Origin: an uncultured Bacilli bacterium | GTDB lineage: Bacteria; Bacillota_I; Bacilli_A; RF39; UBA660 | NCBI GenBank assembly: GCA_910578745.1 | Contig: CAJTSN010000004.1 | Coordinates: forward strand, 1 to 45,123 | DNA length: 45,123 bases | Direction of reading: 5' to 3' | Translations under genes and position numbers: made by a program | Notes under the pieces: generated by a model | Database searches by the model: none | Seen by the model: the letters and a program-made list of their open reading frames with translations, nothing else | Told to the model about the DNA's origin: nothing | Shown: positions 44,688-45,123 of the stretch, piece by piece | Layout: each line of letters begins with the position of its first letter | Position numbering within the stretch: position 1 is the stretch's first letter

Positions 44688-44789
44688 GTAGATGGGATAC
44701 TTGTGAGGGAATAACGATGTGTTGGCTAAGCCAGTAAGCATACTTTGTATGTGAGAATTCATCTCGCCTGGGGTACCCATCATTTTTTT
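44688..44789 (+). ncRNA. Candidate structured small RNA of about 100 nt (family not recognised)
   Basis: The closing helix is GATGGGATAC (44691-44700) with GGTACCCATC (44772-44781, one bulge). It has three internal hairpins and a U7 tail at 44783-44789. Confidence 0.35.
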
Positions 44790-44816
44790 GACAAGATACA
44801 TGAAATATGTTAAAAT
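44788..44816 (+). promoter_or_regulatory. Sigma-A promoter
   Basis: TTGACA (44788-44793), 17-nt spacer ending in TGT, TAAAAT (44811-44816). Confidence 0.6.
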
Positions 44817-44859
44817 ATCCTCGTATTTTTAAATCGTTGATTTGGAGAAGTAAATATTA

Positions 44860-44997
44860 ATGAAACTTGTAGAAAGTAACTGGCTGATGAAAAGTTATAG
44901 TGGATTAGTATTGAATGGACCAATGAGAATTTTTCTGAAATTTAAAATAAGTATGAAAAATCGGAATTTCTATCCGTTATCAATAGAACATATATGA
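44860..44997 (+). CDS. Possible 45-aa ORF
   Basis: GGAGAAG lies 12 nt upstream and a terminator follows. Translation MKLVESNWLMKSYSGLVLNGPMRIFLKFKISMKNRNFYPLSIEHI. Confidence 0.2.
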   Translation: MKLVESNWLMKSYSGLVLNGPMRIFLKFKISMKNRNFYPLSIEHI

Positions 44998-45030
44998 TGG
45001 TATATGAATTTATCTATTTTTAGGTGGCGC

Positions 45031-45067
45031 AAGACTCTTGTCCTATTTTTAGGGGCAGAGTCTTTTT
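45031..45067 (+). terminator. Intrinsic terminator
   Basis: AAGACTCT...AGAGTCTT 8-bp stem plus an inner GTCC/GGGC pairing, followed by a T-run. Confidence 0.6.
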
Positions 45068-45089
45068 ATATTTTAAGGGGATGATAAAA

Positions 45090-45123
45090 ATGTTTTTATT
45101 AGTTAAACGATGGTGTTTAAAAT
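45090..45123 (+). CDS. 5' end of an unidentified ORF running off the window
   Basis: AAGGGGA SD, then ATG and MFLLVKRWCLK. Confidence 0.3.
   Translation, partial: MFLLVKRWCLK

Noticed and set aside
44688-44789. Possible riboswitch identity for the candidate sRNA: TPP (CUGGGGUACCC and UGAGA strings) or ZTP (CGCCUGGG string)
   Set aside because: The order and partners of the conserved elements do not fit either consensus. There is no ACCUGAUCUGGAUAAUGCCAGCG-like arm and no upstream GGCG pseudoknot partner. The downstream gene also has its own promoter. It is kept only as an unclassified candidate RNA.
1-45123. CRISPR arrays, rRNA genes, integrases or recombinases, reverse transcriptases, and an alternative genetic code (UGA = Trp)
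   Set aside because: No regularly spaced direct repeats were found apart from the coding 36-mer array. No rRNA-like sequence and no tyrosine- or serine-recombinase or RT motifs were seen in any ORF. Conserved genes are full length under the standard code, several end in TGA, and the tRNA-Trp anticodon is CCA.

Overview
AT-rich, low-GC Bacillota-like chromosome segment using the standard genetic code: TGA acts as a stop and the tRNA-Trp has a CCA anticodon. All coordinates were counted by hand, so short motifs may be off by a few nt.

Housekeeping part (1-31.4 kb):
- Origin-proximal genes parA-parB-mscS-DUF951-abgT-ychF, then rpsF-ssb-rpsR.
- A cell-envelope cluster: an IspD/TarI-like cytidylyltransferase, two tandem LicD paralogs and an SDR.
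- mutY, a GH25 muramidase and a standalone J-domain protein.
- A complete S10-spc-alpha ribosomal supercluster, rpsJ to rplQ, including secY, adk, infA, rpmJ and rpoA. rpmJ is missing from the ORF track. The cluster has no rpmD and no map.

Accessory part (31.4-45.1 kb), which begins right after rplQ where conserved synteny stops:
- An Mrr restriction enzyme.
- A 1416-aa surface protein carrying both a cohesin-like and a dockerin-like module separated by a transmembrane hairpin, followed by four two-part repeats. It ends abruptly in front of about 0.9 kb of non-coding AT-rich DNA.
- Two overlapping micro-ORFs with their own terminator.
- An SDR translationally coupled to an orphan, cysteine-rich type IV pilin-like gene.
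- A tRNA-Trp (also not in the ORF track) whose 3' end starts a 53-nt direct repeat. The repeat forms the leader of two consecutive orphan genes.
- An XRE repressor, a frameshifted collagen/C1q-like remnant and a 1284-bp IS3-family element.
- A DUF3644 protein and a promoter-to-U-tract candidate small RNA.

I consider the tRNA-linked duplicated-leader cassette and the cohesin-dockerin fusion protein the most worthwhile leads. No CRISPR array, rRNA, integrase or reverse transcriptase was seen.
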